Part shown: in pieces, positions 40,686 to 49,709 of the stretch
Position numbering within the stretch: the stretch's first letter is position 1
Layout: every line of letters starts with the position of its first letter
Virus record (IMG/VR): IMGVR_UViG_3300020442_001264
Coordinates: 1 to 64,000 of that record
DNA length: 64,000 nt
DNA from: a virus
Direction: 5' to 3' (one strand)
Notes under the pieces: generated by a model
The model's input: only the letters and a program-made list of their open reading frames with translations
Told to the model about the DNA's origin: nothing
Databases searched by the model: none
Made by a program: the position numbers and the translations under genes

Positions 40686-40929
40686 TAGAAAAATAATAGA
40701 CGCTCTTAAAAAGGGAGTAGTCACAATAGTATTTGAAAAAATAGACACAAAAGAGATTCGAACAATGCCATGCACATTAAACAATGAGATATCAGAACAA
40801 ACAATGAAAGTTGGTAATTACACCAGTACTGACACAATAGTTTGTTATGGGTTAGATGTTAAAGCATGGCGTGATGTTAGAATAAACACAATCATAGAAT
40901 GGTACGAAGGATACCCAAAGGAGGCGTAA
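40678..40929 (+). CDS. Small SH3/Sm-like beta-barrel protein (WYL_2/DUF2693-like)
   Basis: LKKGVVTIVFEK.D...R.M.CTL and LD.KAWR motifs. Confidence 0.7.
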   Translation: MDSRKIIDALKKGVVTIVFEKIDTKEIRTMPCTLNNEISEQTMKVGNYTSTDTIVCYGLDVKAWRDVRINTIIEWYEGYPKEA

Positions 40930-41255
40930 TGCTAGACATAGACAGTATAAGAAACACACTTACAACAAACTTAAACGAAACAAAGTCTGAGGGAGTTGAT
41001 ATAGATATAAATGTAAATGTAATAAGTGAAGCAAATGGCAAATTTAATGTACAAGTTCACGATAGTGCAGTTACAGTTGATGATGGAAACTTGGATAAAG
41101 CAGACATCACAGTAGGCTTTGTAAACAAAGATGTAATGATAGATATGTTTACAAAGGGAGCAAATCCTATGTCATTAGTTATGAGCGGTAAGATGACTTT
41201 TAACGGTGATATGGCAAAAGGAAAAAGTATTAAGGGGTTATTCGTAAAAGAATAA
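40929..41255 (+). CDS. SCP2 sterol/lipid-binding domain protein
   Basis: ADITV and MF..G.NPM.L.MSGKM.F.GDM signature. TAATG coupling and GGAGG SD. Confidence 0.75.
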   Translation: MLDIDSIRNTLTTNLNETKSEGVDIDINVNVISEANGKFNVQVHDSAVTVDDGNLDKADITVGFVNKDVMIDMFTKGANPMSLVMSGKMTFNGDMAKGKSIKGLFVKE

Positions 41256-41262
41256 TAATAAA

Positions 41263-42027
41263 ATGAAAGTTTTAATTTATGGATTACCTGGGTCTGGCAA
41301 AAGTTACTTAGCAGAAAAACTTTGCGAGTATTTAGGTGATAAAGTAAAATGGATAAATGCTGATAAGGTTAGAGAAGAAGCAAATGATTGGGACTTCTCC
41401 GAAGAAGGTAGATATCGACAAAAACACAGAATGAAAATGCTGTGTGAACAAGCAGAAGCAGAAGGCAAAATAGCATTAGCAGATTTTGTTTGTCCTTATG
41501 TAACTGCAAGAGAAGAATTCAATGCAGACTATAATATATTTGTGGATGCTATTGACGAAGGAAGGTTTGAAGATACAAACAAAATCTTTGAACGTGACAA
41601 AAATTATGATTACAGAATAAAAAATCATAATAATATGGATGCAATTAATCTTGCTTGGATATTAGGTAACTTGTATATATGGGATTGGAAAGCACCTACA
41701 ACACAAATGTTGGGAAGGTTCCAACCATGGCATGACGGTCATCAAGCATTGTTTGATAGAGCATTAGCAAAACACGGACAAGTGTTTTTAATGATTAGAA
41801 ACATGGATACAGATGATAACAATCCTTATCCGGCACCAGATGTTGCATCACACTTGAAAAGAGAATTGGTACATTATGCAGGTAGATTACAAATACAAGT
41901 AGTACCAAATATCGTAAACATAACTTATGGAAGAGACGTTGGATACAAAATTGAACAAGAACATTTTGATAAAAGCATTGAAGACATAAGTGCAACAAAA
42001 ATAAGAAATGAAGGAAAGCAAACTTAG
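41263..42027 (+). CDS. cysC: Adenylylsulfate kinase-like domain fused to an HxGH nucleotidyltransferase domain
   Basis: GLPGSGKS P-loop, NAD.VR, DFS.EGR..Q and DFVCP, then LGRFQPWHDGH and ISATKIR. Confidence 0.75.
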   Translation: MKVLIYGLPGSGKSYLAEKLCEYLGDKVKWINADKVREEANDWDFSEEGRYRQKHRMKMLCEQAEAEGKIALADFVCPYVTAREEFNADYNIFVDAIDEGRFEDTNKIFERDKNYDYRIKNHNNMDAINLAWILGNLYIWDWKAPTTQMLGRFQPWHDGHQALFDRALAKHGQVFLMIRNMDTDDNNPYPAPDVASHLKRELVHYAGRLQIQVVPNIVNITYGRDVGYKIEQEHFDKSIEDISATKIRNEGKQT

Positions 42028-42196
42028 AAGTTTAGGAAAAGCAATTACATGGAGAATCACTGCAACACTCACGACAATTATAATAGCATGGCTACTTATA
42101 GGAGATGTAAATGTTGCCATGGCGATTGGCAGTATAGAGTTTTTTGCTAAATTTTTAATTTACTACATTCATGAAAGAGTATGGAACAAAATATGA
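42008..42196 (+). CDS. DUF2061-like small membrane protein
   Basis: RSL.KAITWRI.AT and K..IYY.HERVW. This family is commonly found with APS kinases. Confidence 0.75.
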   Translation: MKESKLRSLGKAITWRITATLTTIIIAWLLIGDVNVAMAIGSIEFFAKFLIYYIHERVWNKI

Positions 42197-42360
42197 TAGC
42201 AAAAGATCCAGGAAAAATGCATTACTATATTAGTTTAGTAAAAAGCGGAGTTAGAATAGCAGGTTGTATAGGAGCAGTGGTATTACAGAGTATAACACTT
42301 TTGGCTGTTTCTTTTTTACTTGCAGAGATACTAGGAATACTAGAAGAAGTAATTGATTAA
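42193..42360 (+). CDS. Small membrane protein (55 aa), absent from the ORF track
   Basis: MIAKDPGKMHYYISLVKSGVRIAG...LAEILGILEEVID, with ATGA overlap. Confidence 0.6.
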   Translation: MIAKDPGKMHYYISLVKSGVRIAGCIGAVVLQSITLLAVSFLLAEILGILEEVID

Positions 42361-42361
42361 G

Positions 42362-42369
42362 AGTAAATA
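42362..42369 (+). promoter_or_regulatory. Late-promoter-like motif AGTAAATA
   Basis: In a 14-nt intergenic gap, 5 nt before ATG 42375. Confidence 0.6.
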
Positions 42370-42374
42370 CAACA

Positions 42375-42977
42375 ATGCCACATTTAAAAAGAATAGCAAT
42401 TACAGGACACACTAAAGGTATAGGAAAACAACTTTGGAATCGTCTAGAAGACAGAGGGTTTGAGCTTAAAGGCTTTAGTAAAAGTACTGGATTTAATTTA
42501 CAACGTGTGAGTACATGTAAAAAGGTTGTACAAGAGGTTGTAGATTGGAATGCTGATGTGTTTATAAATAATGCATACGTTCCTGATAATCAAGTTAGGT
42601 TGTTATATCTATTATATGAGCATTGGGAAAACAAGCCTAGGTTAATTGTAAACCTAAGTGCAACAAGTAGTGATAGTATCACTAACTTTAGTCAAATGGG
42701 TTACAATGAAAACTGGACTCCATATGTAAGTGACAAAGCAAGGTTAGACTTTGCTAGTCTACAATTGGCTAATATGTATAAAAAAGGCAAATGTAGAGTT
42801 AGTCTAGTAAAGCCTGGTTTTGTAGATACTGACAGTACTGCTATGTTTAAAAGTTTTGCTGAAGACTATATGATGACAGCAGATAGTGTAGCAGAACAAC
42901 TAGAATGGTTAATAGATTTAGGCAAGGAAGTACAAGTTAGAAATTTAAGTTTTGACGTAGGAAATTTCAATGGTTAG
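42375..42977 (+). CDS. Short-chain dehydrogenase/reductase
   Basis: ITGHTKGIG, FINNA, YxxxK (YVSDK) and V.PGFVDT. Confidence 0.85.
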   Translation: MPHLKRIAITGHTKGIGKQLWNRLEDRGFELKGFSKSTGFNLQRVSTCKKVVQEVVDWNADVFINNAYVPDNQVRLLYLLYEHWENKPRLIVNLSATSSDSITNFSQMGYNENWTPYVSDKARLDFASLQLANMYKKGKCRVSLVKPGFVDTDSTAMFKSFAEDYMMTADSVAEQLEWLIDLGKEVQVRNLSFDVGNFNG

Positions 42978-44640
42978 AAAAGTAGGAGAAACACATAGAG
43001 AATTTAAAGCACGGATGATAGATCCTGTGTCAGAATCTTTTTGTGGTGCTAAGTGGCTAAATGCTACTATATGGTTAGGACATGGCGGAACTACAAGTTG
43101 CCATCACCCTCCAGCACATCAAATAGATTTAGAAGAAATAAAAACTAATCCAAGTGCTATACATAACAGTAGGCACAAAAAGAAAATGCGTGACATGATG
43201 CAACAGGGCACAAGACCTAAAGAATGTGAATACTGTTGGAAAATAGAAGACATGGGTAAAGACGCAGACGGTAATGAACCTGTAAGTGATAGAGTATATA
43301 AAACTGTTATCTATGAGGATAGCGATTTAGAAAGAATTGCCACCCTAGATCCCCAGGCTGATGTTAATTTAAAAACATTAGAGATAGCATTTGATAGAAC
43401 ATGTCAACTAGCATGTAGTTATTGTAATCCTGCTTTTAGTAGCACATGGGTTAAAGACATTCGAACTAACGGCGGCTATCAAGGAATAAAAAGTGATGCA
43501 AGAGGTCACTTTATAGATGATGCTCCGTACGCCGAACCATTTCAACGAGGAGACTTTAATCCTTATGTAGATGCATTTTGGAGATGGTGGCCCGAACTAT
43601 CTAAAGAACTAGAAGAGATTAGAGTTACAGGTGGCGAACCTTTAATGACACCAGACATATATAAATTGTTTGACTGGTTTAAAGAAACAGATGACCCAAA
43701 CAAACACAAAATGCGATTAGCAATTAATAGTAACTTAATGGCTAAAGAAGAACTTCTTAATAAATTTATAGATGCTACACAGCACATAGACCACTTTCAT
43801 GTTTATACAAGTTGTGAAGCCTTTGGCCCACAAGCAGAATATATCAGAGATGGCTTAGAGTGGGAAGTGTGGACCGAACACTTTGAACGTTTTGCCACAG
43901 AAGCAAACTATGAAGGTGTTCATATGATGATGACCATTAATGCTTTATGTTTAGATACTATTACAAAGTTTTGGGATTGGTGTTTAGATATGAAACGAAA
44001 ATACGGGCACCATGTACCTGGTATAAGTGTAAACATATTGCGTTTTCCAAGTTTTCAAAGTCCGTTAACATTACCAGACAATTTGCGTAAAATGTATCAT
44101 GACGAAATTAGTGAATGGCTAAACAACGTAAGAGAAAAAGCAGAAACAGATAGCAACGGTGTAGAACTTTTACAACCGTGGGAACAAGACCAAATAAGTC
44201 GACTAATAGAATATTTAGACGTTGTTAAGACCCCGCATAGAAATACAGCAGACAGAGAGTTACTAGAACACGACTTTAAAATATTTTACGAACAATACGA
44301 TGCTAGAAGAAATTTTAATTTTAAAGAAACATTTCCTAGACTAGCAGAATTCTATGACAGTATAAAAGTTTTAGATATAACTGACGGTGACAATGACGTA
44401 CAATCGCCTGATAGTATAGGAATAAAAAATACATTGTATGCAAAACGTATTGTAACAGAAGACGGTGAAGTCAAGGTAGTAGAAATGAAAGTTCGTGGTA
44501 GACAAACAGGGGAAAGCCAAGATGACTATGACGATGACAAATATGCTGAAGACGAAGCCAAAAACAAACGTGTAGGAAGTAGCATTGGCTGGGATACCGA
44601 AGTTGACGGTTTAGGTGGAACAGTAGATGAAGAGGATTAA
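42970..44640 (+). CDS. Radical SAM protein 2 with N-terminal Twitch/SPASM domain
   Basis: FCGAKW, CHHPP and CEYCW; CQLACSYC; TGGEP; acidic C-terminal extension. Confidence 0.9.
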   Translation: MVRKVGETHREFKARMIDPVSESFCGAKWLNATIWLGHGGTTSCHHPPAHQIDLEEIKTNPSAIHNSRHKKKMRDMMQQGTRPKECEYCWKIEDMGKDADGNEPVSDRVYKTVIYEDSDLERIATLDPQADVNLKTLEIAFDRTCQLACSYCNPAFSSTWVKDIRTNGGYQGIKSDARGHFIDDAPYAEPFQRGDFNPYVDAFWRWWPELSKELEEIRVTGGEPLMTPDIYKLFDWFKETDDPNKHKMRLAINSNLMAKEELLNKFIDATQHIDHFHVYTSCEAFGPQAEYIRDGLEWEVWTEHFERFATEANYEGVHMMMTINALCLDTITKFWDWCLDMKRKYGHHVPGISVNILRFPSFQSPLTLPDNLRKMYHDEISEWLNNVREKAETDSNGVELLQPWEQDQISRLIEYLDVVKTPHRNTADRELLEHDFKIFYEQYDARRNFNFKETFPRLAEFYDSIKVLDITDGDNDVQSPDSIGIKNTLYAKRIVTEDGEVKVVEMKVRGRQTGESQDDYDDDKYAEDEAKNKRVGSSIGWDTEVDGLGGTVDEED

Positions 44641-46042
44641 ACCATTATGGGCACATGGAAACATGCTACCCGAATCACCCAATAAAGTATTCTGTACAGC
44701 ACCGTGGACACATACTTACATTTCACCGCAAAGTGAAAGACGTATGTGTTGTGCTAGTAGAGAAGAACACAAATTCCAAAAGCAGTACATCGACGCCAGC
44801 AACGATGAGAAGTATGGTGAAGTAAAAGAGTCTGGAACTATAGAAGACTACAAACAAAATGTTGTAAGCCTTAAAGAGCATTGGAACTCGCCTTACATGA
44901 TGGACATAAGAAAGAAACTTATGGCAGGCGAACGTATTCCACAATGTGATGTGTGTAATGACAGCATACTAAGTCAAAGCACATATCGTCAATGGTTCAC
45001 AGGATTTTTGTTTGAAAAATATATCGACAAATGTTTTGAGGAGACAGACGAAAATGGATACACTACTATGGAACCTATCAGTTTTGACTATAGGGTTAGC
45101 AATCTGTGTAACTTTAAGTGCCGTATGTGTGGCGAACAACTTAGCTCAACGTGGGAAACAGAAAAGAGACAACATGGTCATTGGACGCCTGAGAACCAAC
45201 CGTTTATGGTTCCGGAGAACAAAGAGATTATCGAGAAGTTCCAAAAAGAAGTTGTAGAAGAAGAATTTTGGGACGCCATATGTAGAGGCATTGTAGAAGA
45301 AATATATTGGGTAGGCGGTGAGCCACTAATGTATGATATACATTGGCGCTCTATGGATAGACTATCACAAGACGGCAATTTAGACAAAGTACATCTAAGG
45401 TATAACAGTAATCTAAGTAGAGTTAGATATGGCAAATACTATTTGTACGATTGGTTACCACAAGCAAAAGACTGGACCATGTGTGCAAGTATAGACGGCA
45501 TAGGACAAATAGGCGAGTTTATACGAACAGGTTTAGACTGGGAGCAATGGGATAAAAACTTTAGAGAAGGTGTACAGTTACCAGGCGGACATCAAAAGAT
45601 GTTGATGGACTTAACATTAACAGGCCCGGGCCTATTTGGTCTTAGAGACTTTGTAAATTACGCATTAGAGAATGATGTAAAGATAGAAACAAAGACAATG
45701 TTTGCCTTCCATCCAGATATTGTGTTCAGTTTTATGAGTTGGCCTAGACATATATTAGATAGAATAGTAAACAGTTTATTAGATGACTTACGACCTATAG
45801 TGACAGAAAAACAACAAACAGTAATTACGCAACTAGAGTCTATCCTAAATACTCCTACATTTCAAGAACAATTTCCTGATACAGCAGAAGACCAGTTCTT
45901 TAATGGCAGACAATGGCAAAGAACAATAGCAGAAATTAGAAATGACGGACACGAAAGTTTAACAATTGAAGATATTTATTCAGCAGACCAAGAATTATTA
46001 GATTGGTATTCACGTGTTGATCCAAAACACAATAGTAGGTAA
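44627..46042 (+). CDS. Radical SAM protein 3 with N-terminal Twitch/SPASM domain
   Basis: FCTAPW, MCC and CDVC; CNFKCRMC; GGEP. Confidence 0.9.
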   Translation: MKRIKPLWAHGNMLPESPNKVFCTAPWTHTYISPQSERRMCCASREEHKFQKQYIDASNDEKYGEVKESGTIEDYKQNVVSLKEHWNSPYMMDIRKKLMAGERIPQCDVCNDSILSQSTYRQWFTGFLFEKYIDKCFEETDENGYTTMEPISFDYRVSNLCNFKCRMCGEQLSSTWETEKRQHGHWTPENQPFMVPENKEIIEKFQKEVVEEEFWDAICRGIVEEIYWVGGEPLMYDIHWRSMDRLSQDGNLDKVHLRYNSNLSRVRYGKYYLYDWLPQAKDWTMCASIDGIGQIGEFIRTGLDWEQWDKNFREGVQLPGGHQKMLMDLTLTGPGLFGLRDFVNYALENDVKIETKTMFAFHPDIVFSFMSWPRHILDRIVNSLLDDLRPIVTEKQQTVITQLESILNTPTFQEQFPDTAEDQFFNGRQWQRTIAEIRNDGHESLTIEDIYSADQELLDWYSRVDPKHNSR

Positions 46043-46044
46043 CC

Positions 46045-47370
46045 ATGCTAAATTATGAATCATTCAACGACTCGGTAGTATGGTATATAAAAAAATTACT
46101 AAGCAGTGATGCTGTTCCATATAAAGACGTCATAAAAAATATAAAAGAATTTTATATTGTATCAACATTATGTGTTGCAGATGATATGGGAGGTGTTTCA
46201 GCAGATAAATCTAAAATATTAGAAGACAATCAGGACTTAGTAAGCATAAGTCCTTATTTGGTAGAAGGAAACTTTTCTAATAAATTTGTATGCAAAACAT
46301 TAATATCCGATGACCATAAATTATTAGATGTAAAAAAGTTATGTGAAACATATCCAGATAAAACATTTTATTTTAGTATGGGTATATCTACATTTCCTAA
46401 TAATGATAAAAATATATCATATGATAAAATTGTAAAAAAATTAATTGACTTAGATGTAGATAACTTACATGTTTGTTTTATGAACGGATGGGATATGTAC
46501 ACAGACCAATGGGAAGGATTTGACAGATGTGAAAAAATAAAAAGATGCTTTGCAGATTGGCCTGAAGAAAAAATTAAATTTTTATTGTGTAACATTAGTA
46601 TTGTGAGAAAATATAGAAAATATTTCCCACAAGCAGATGTGCAATATTTTTCAATATACCCTGCAAGAATATTTGATAGTCCGGGCAAGAAAACTTATCC
46701 AAAACGTATTGTAGATAAAACACATAACCAACGCAGAAAAAAGAAAACTATTTGTTTAAATAATTATGAGAAACGTCATAGAACAGAAATCGTAAATTTA
46801 TTAGACTATTACAAAGGCGATGTTTTTATTTCTTATAGAGAACACGGTATATATTTAGATAAAGAAGTTACACCAAAATTTAATAAAAACTTTGAGCATG
46901 ATTTTTTTAGAAATCAAGACAGTCCTCCTTATAGAATAATTTCAAATACATATAGTTGGATAGCAACAGAAACTTTGTTTTATGGTTCTAATCCTGGTAC
47001 TTATAATGATAATTTTCAAACACTGGAAGGCTTTGTAACAGAAAAAACATTGAAAGCATTTTACTTTGAATTGCCTGTTCTTATTGTTGGTTTGCCTAGA
47101 ACATATTTACATTTAAGAAGTATAGGATATCAAACCTTTCCTGAATTTTGGGATGAAAGTTTTGACACAGAAGAAAACGATAGTGTAAGATTAGAACTTA
47201 TAAAAAGGGAAATACAAAAGTTTTTAGACAAACCTATACAAGAAATACATGAGATGTTTTGGAGTCCAGAGATACAAAATAAACTCGAAAACAATAAAAA
47301 TTTATTTTTGAAATATGCTAAAAACGATCCATTTAGTAATTTAGGATTTAAAGAAAAATATGGATATTAA
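46045..47370 (+). CDS. TEK-motif glycosyltransferase-like protein 2
   Basis: CLNN...HR, IATET, FVTEKTLK and GYQTF..FWDESFD. Confidence 0.5.
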   Translation: MLNYESFNDSVVWYIKKLLSSDAVPYKDVIKNIKEFYIVSTLCVADDMGGVSADKSKILEDNQDLVSISPYLVEGNFSNKFVCKTLISDDHKLLDVKKLCETYPDKTFYFSMGISTFPNNDKNISYDKIVKKLIDLDVDNLHVCFMNGWDMYTDQWEGFDRCEKIKRCFADWPEEKIKFLLCNISIVRKYRKYFPQADVQYFSIYPARIFDSPGKKTYPKRIVDKTHNQRRKKKTICLNNYEKRHRTEIVNLLDYYKGDVFISYREHGIYLDKEVTPKFNKNFEHDFFRNQDSPPYRIISNTYSWIATETLFYGSNPGTYNDNFQTLEGFVTEKTLKAFYFELPVLIVGLPRTYLHLRSIGYQTFPEFWDESFDTEENDSVRLELIKREIQKFLDKPIQEIHEMFWSPEIQNKLENNKNLFLKYAKNDPFSNLGFKEKYGY

Positions 47371-48487
47371 AACTATTAGATTTGAAAGAAGCAACTTTGA
47401 TAATACAAAGTATAATGAAGCATCTAAGTTTCAAAGAAAATTCTTAAATGATTCAAAAGCATTAGAACTTGAACACAATATCTTTAGTTTATATGCTCAA
47501 TTAACAGACGATGTGCCTGATGTTATAGACTTTGCAAATCTACAAAGCAATGATTATTTTTACGAGATGTCCACGTTTCAATTTTATGCATTAGCGGACA
47601 GGTCTTGGATAAAAGATAAAAATATTATAGTAACAAATTTATACGAGCCTTGGATTATAGGTATTCCGTTTGATGACCAATTAGATATGATGCCTAAAGT
47701 ATTTGACGATCCTACATTATTTGATTGTGTACATACTGCAAAAAGTTTTACAATTTGCTTAGACAATTCAGATCCTAGACTTGCTAAAAAGTATCCAGAT
47801 ATAAATTGGGTGTGTCCTAACATGTGGCACTCAGAAGCATTTCTAAGTTTTACAGATGAGGTATCTATTTTGAGAACACAATTTGTTGAAAATGTAAACA
47901 TGCTTGATTATATAGATGAACATACACACAAAAATAAACCACATGACTTCACTTGCTTAATAGGCAAAATAAAACCACACAGGCTTGACTTTTGGTTCTC
48001 TTTAATTAATAATAGTTTAGTAGAGCACAACATTGTAGGTAGTTGGGATAAACATATTATAAATCCCAAATATGAAATTAAACCAAATCAAGAAAAAGAC
48101 AGAGTTATCAAACAAGAATGGATTGAAAAATCTAAAGTTTGGATATCGTTAGAATCATTTCCTGAACAAAATGGTGATTGGCCTATAACACAGATTACAG
48201 AGAAAACGTTTAAGCCTATAAGATATGGTATGCCTTTTATTGTGCATGGAAGTAAACACACATTACAAACACTAGAAGACATGGGTTACGATTCTTATAG
48301 AAGTGTATTTGGTGATTATATAAGAACTAACTATCAAGAAACAAATGAGTATATTATAGACATTTTAAAAAATGTAGATACATATGACTGGGATAAAATA
48401 AAAGACATCGCTAAACATAATGTACAAGTTTTGCAAAAATGGGATAAGGAAAAATATTTTAAAAGTATTCTAAAGCAAATCAAATGA
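47360..48487 (+). CDS. TEK-motif glycosyltransferase-like protein 3
   Basis: CL.GK.KPHR, ISLES, ITEKTFKPI..GMPFIV.G and MGY. Confidence 0.5.
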   Translation: MDIKTIRFERSNFDNTKYNEASKFQRKFLNDSKALELEHNIFSLYAQLTDDVPDVIDFANLQSNDYFYEMSTFQFYALADRSWIKDKNIIVTNLYEPWIIGIPFDDQLDMMPKVFDDPTLFDCVHTAKSFTICLDNSDPRLAKKYPDINWVCPNMWHSEAFLSFTDEVSILRTQFVENVNMLDYIDEHTHKNKPHDFTCLIGKIKPHRLDFWFSLINNSLVEHNIVGSWDKHIINPKYEIKPNQEKDRVIKQEWIEKSKVWISLESFPEQNGDWPITQITEKTFKPIRYGMPFIVHGSKHTLQTLEDMGYDSYRSVFGDYIRTNYQETNEYIIDILKNVDTYDWDKIKDIAKHNVQVLQKWDKEKYFKSILKQIK

Positions 48488-49671
48488 TAACATCACAAAT
48501 ATTTTTAACAGATGACAAGTATGATGGTACCCAATGGGGTAGAGGAGAAATTGTTTTACCTTCTAAATATCTATTTGACAGGAGGCGTTCACTTCTACCC
48601 AATGCAGAAAGAAAACAAGAAAGATGGTTAGCAGAAGATTTTTTCAATAAAAGATATAATGACCAAGAAAGATTTTTAATAACATTTGGTATTACAGAAA
48701 TTCCAGAGAATCAAAATTATGATTTAGTAAAAGAAATTGTGCAAAAGGTTAAGAGCATCCAAAACATATCTTTACTTTTTACAAATGATACAGACTTATA
48801 TGACCATGCTTCTTGGAATAGAGAAAAGCAATGGTTAGAAGCATTATCAGATATGCCTCATGAACGAGTATATTTTATATTAAACAACACATTGTCTGTA
48901 CAAAAATTTAATACAATACTACCAAACACAAATGTAGAGTTTGGCTCTGCCTTTTTACATAGATTTATAGATAAACAAACAACTCCACTAAAATTAAATT
49001 TTAAACCCAGAAGTAAACACTTTTTATGTTTGAACAGCAGACCAACTAAACATAGAGATATAATTTACAATAAGTTAAAGGATTATGGTACTGCTTGGAT
49101 GAGTTATAGAATGAGAAATGTGTTTTTACCAAATGAAGATAATCCTTGGAATAATAATCAAAAAGATGTATTTAAAAAAGATCCTGAACTGGCAAATAAA
49201 TCAGTCGGAACATTTGCTGATGACCCCGATGGGAATTGGGAAAAGTTTCAAGATATTATACCTGCAGAGTTTTATAATGACAGTTGTATATATGTTTGTA
49301 CAGAATCTGTATTTGGTGCTGTACCAAGATTAAATCCTTCTGATCCTGTAGTGAACAGTCATTGGTGGACGGAAAAACTTATTAAATCATTCTTTTATAG
49401 ACTGCCAGTAATTGTAGTAGGCAATCCACACGTATTAGAATCTATAAGAAGTTTGGGATTTAAAACGTTTAGTGACTTCTGGAGTGAGTCATATGACCAC
49501 AAAACAGACTCAGATAGGCGTATGCAAAACATACTTGATATACTAGAATCTTTAAACAATATGCCTATATCAAAAATTAATGACATGTACTACAGCAAAG
49601 AAATGCAGGACATTCTTAATCACAACTACAAAAACATGTTTTCCTTAAATGATAAATATGTATGTAGTTAA
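48484..49671 (+). CDS. TEK-motif glycosyltransferase-like protein 4
   Basis: FLCLN.RP..HR, VCTES, WTEKLIK and LGFKTFSDFWSESYD. Confidence 0.5.
   Translation: MITSQIFLTDDKYDGTQWGRGEIVLPSKYLFDRRRSLLPNAERKQERWLAEDFFNKRYNDQERFLITFGITEIPENQNYDLVKEIVQKVKSIQNISLLFTNDTDLYDHASWNREKQWLEALSDMPHERVYFILNNTLSVQKFNTILPNTNVEFGSAFLHRFIDKQTTPLKLNFKPRSKHFLCLNSRPTKHRDIIYNKLKDYGTAWMSYRMRNVFLPNEDNPWNNNQKDVFKKDPELANKSVGTFADDPDGNWEKFQDIIPAEFYNDSCIYVCTESVFGAVPRLNPSDPVVNSHWWTEKLIKSFFYRLPVIVVGNPHVLESIRSLGFKTFSDFWSESYDHKTDSDRRMQNILDILESLNNMPISKINDMYYSKEMQDILNHNYKNMFSLNDKYVCS
49651..49671 (+). promoter_or_regulatory. Late-promoter-like GATAAATA with extended conserved element
   Basis: GATAAATATGTATGTAGTTAA is a near-copy of 37854-37874. 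The leader carries an AGGAG SD at 49699-49703. Confidence 0.7.
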
Positions 49672-49709
49672 TTCTACACACACAACAAACTAAAAATTAG
49701 GAGATAAAA

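Noticed and set aside
44700-45300. Apparently higher GC patches in radical SAM 3 and near 54500-54700
   Set aside because: Impression only, not computed, and no boundaries or mobility signals are visible.
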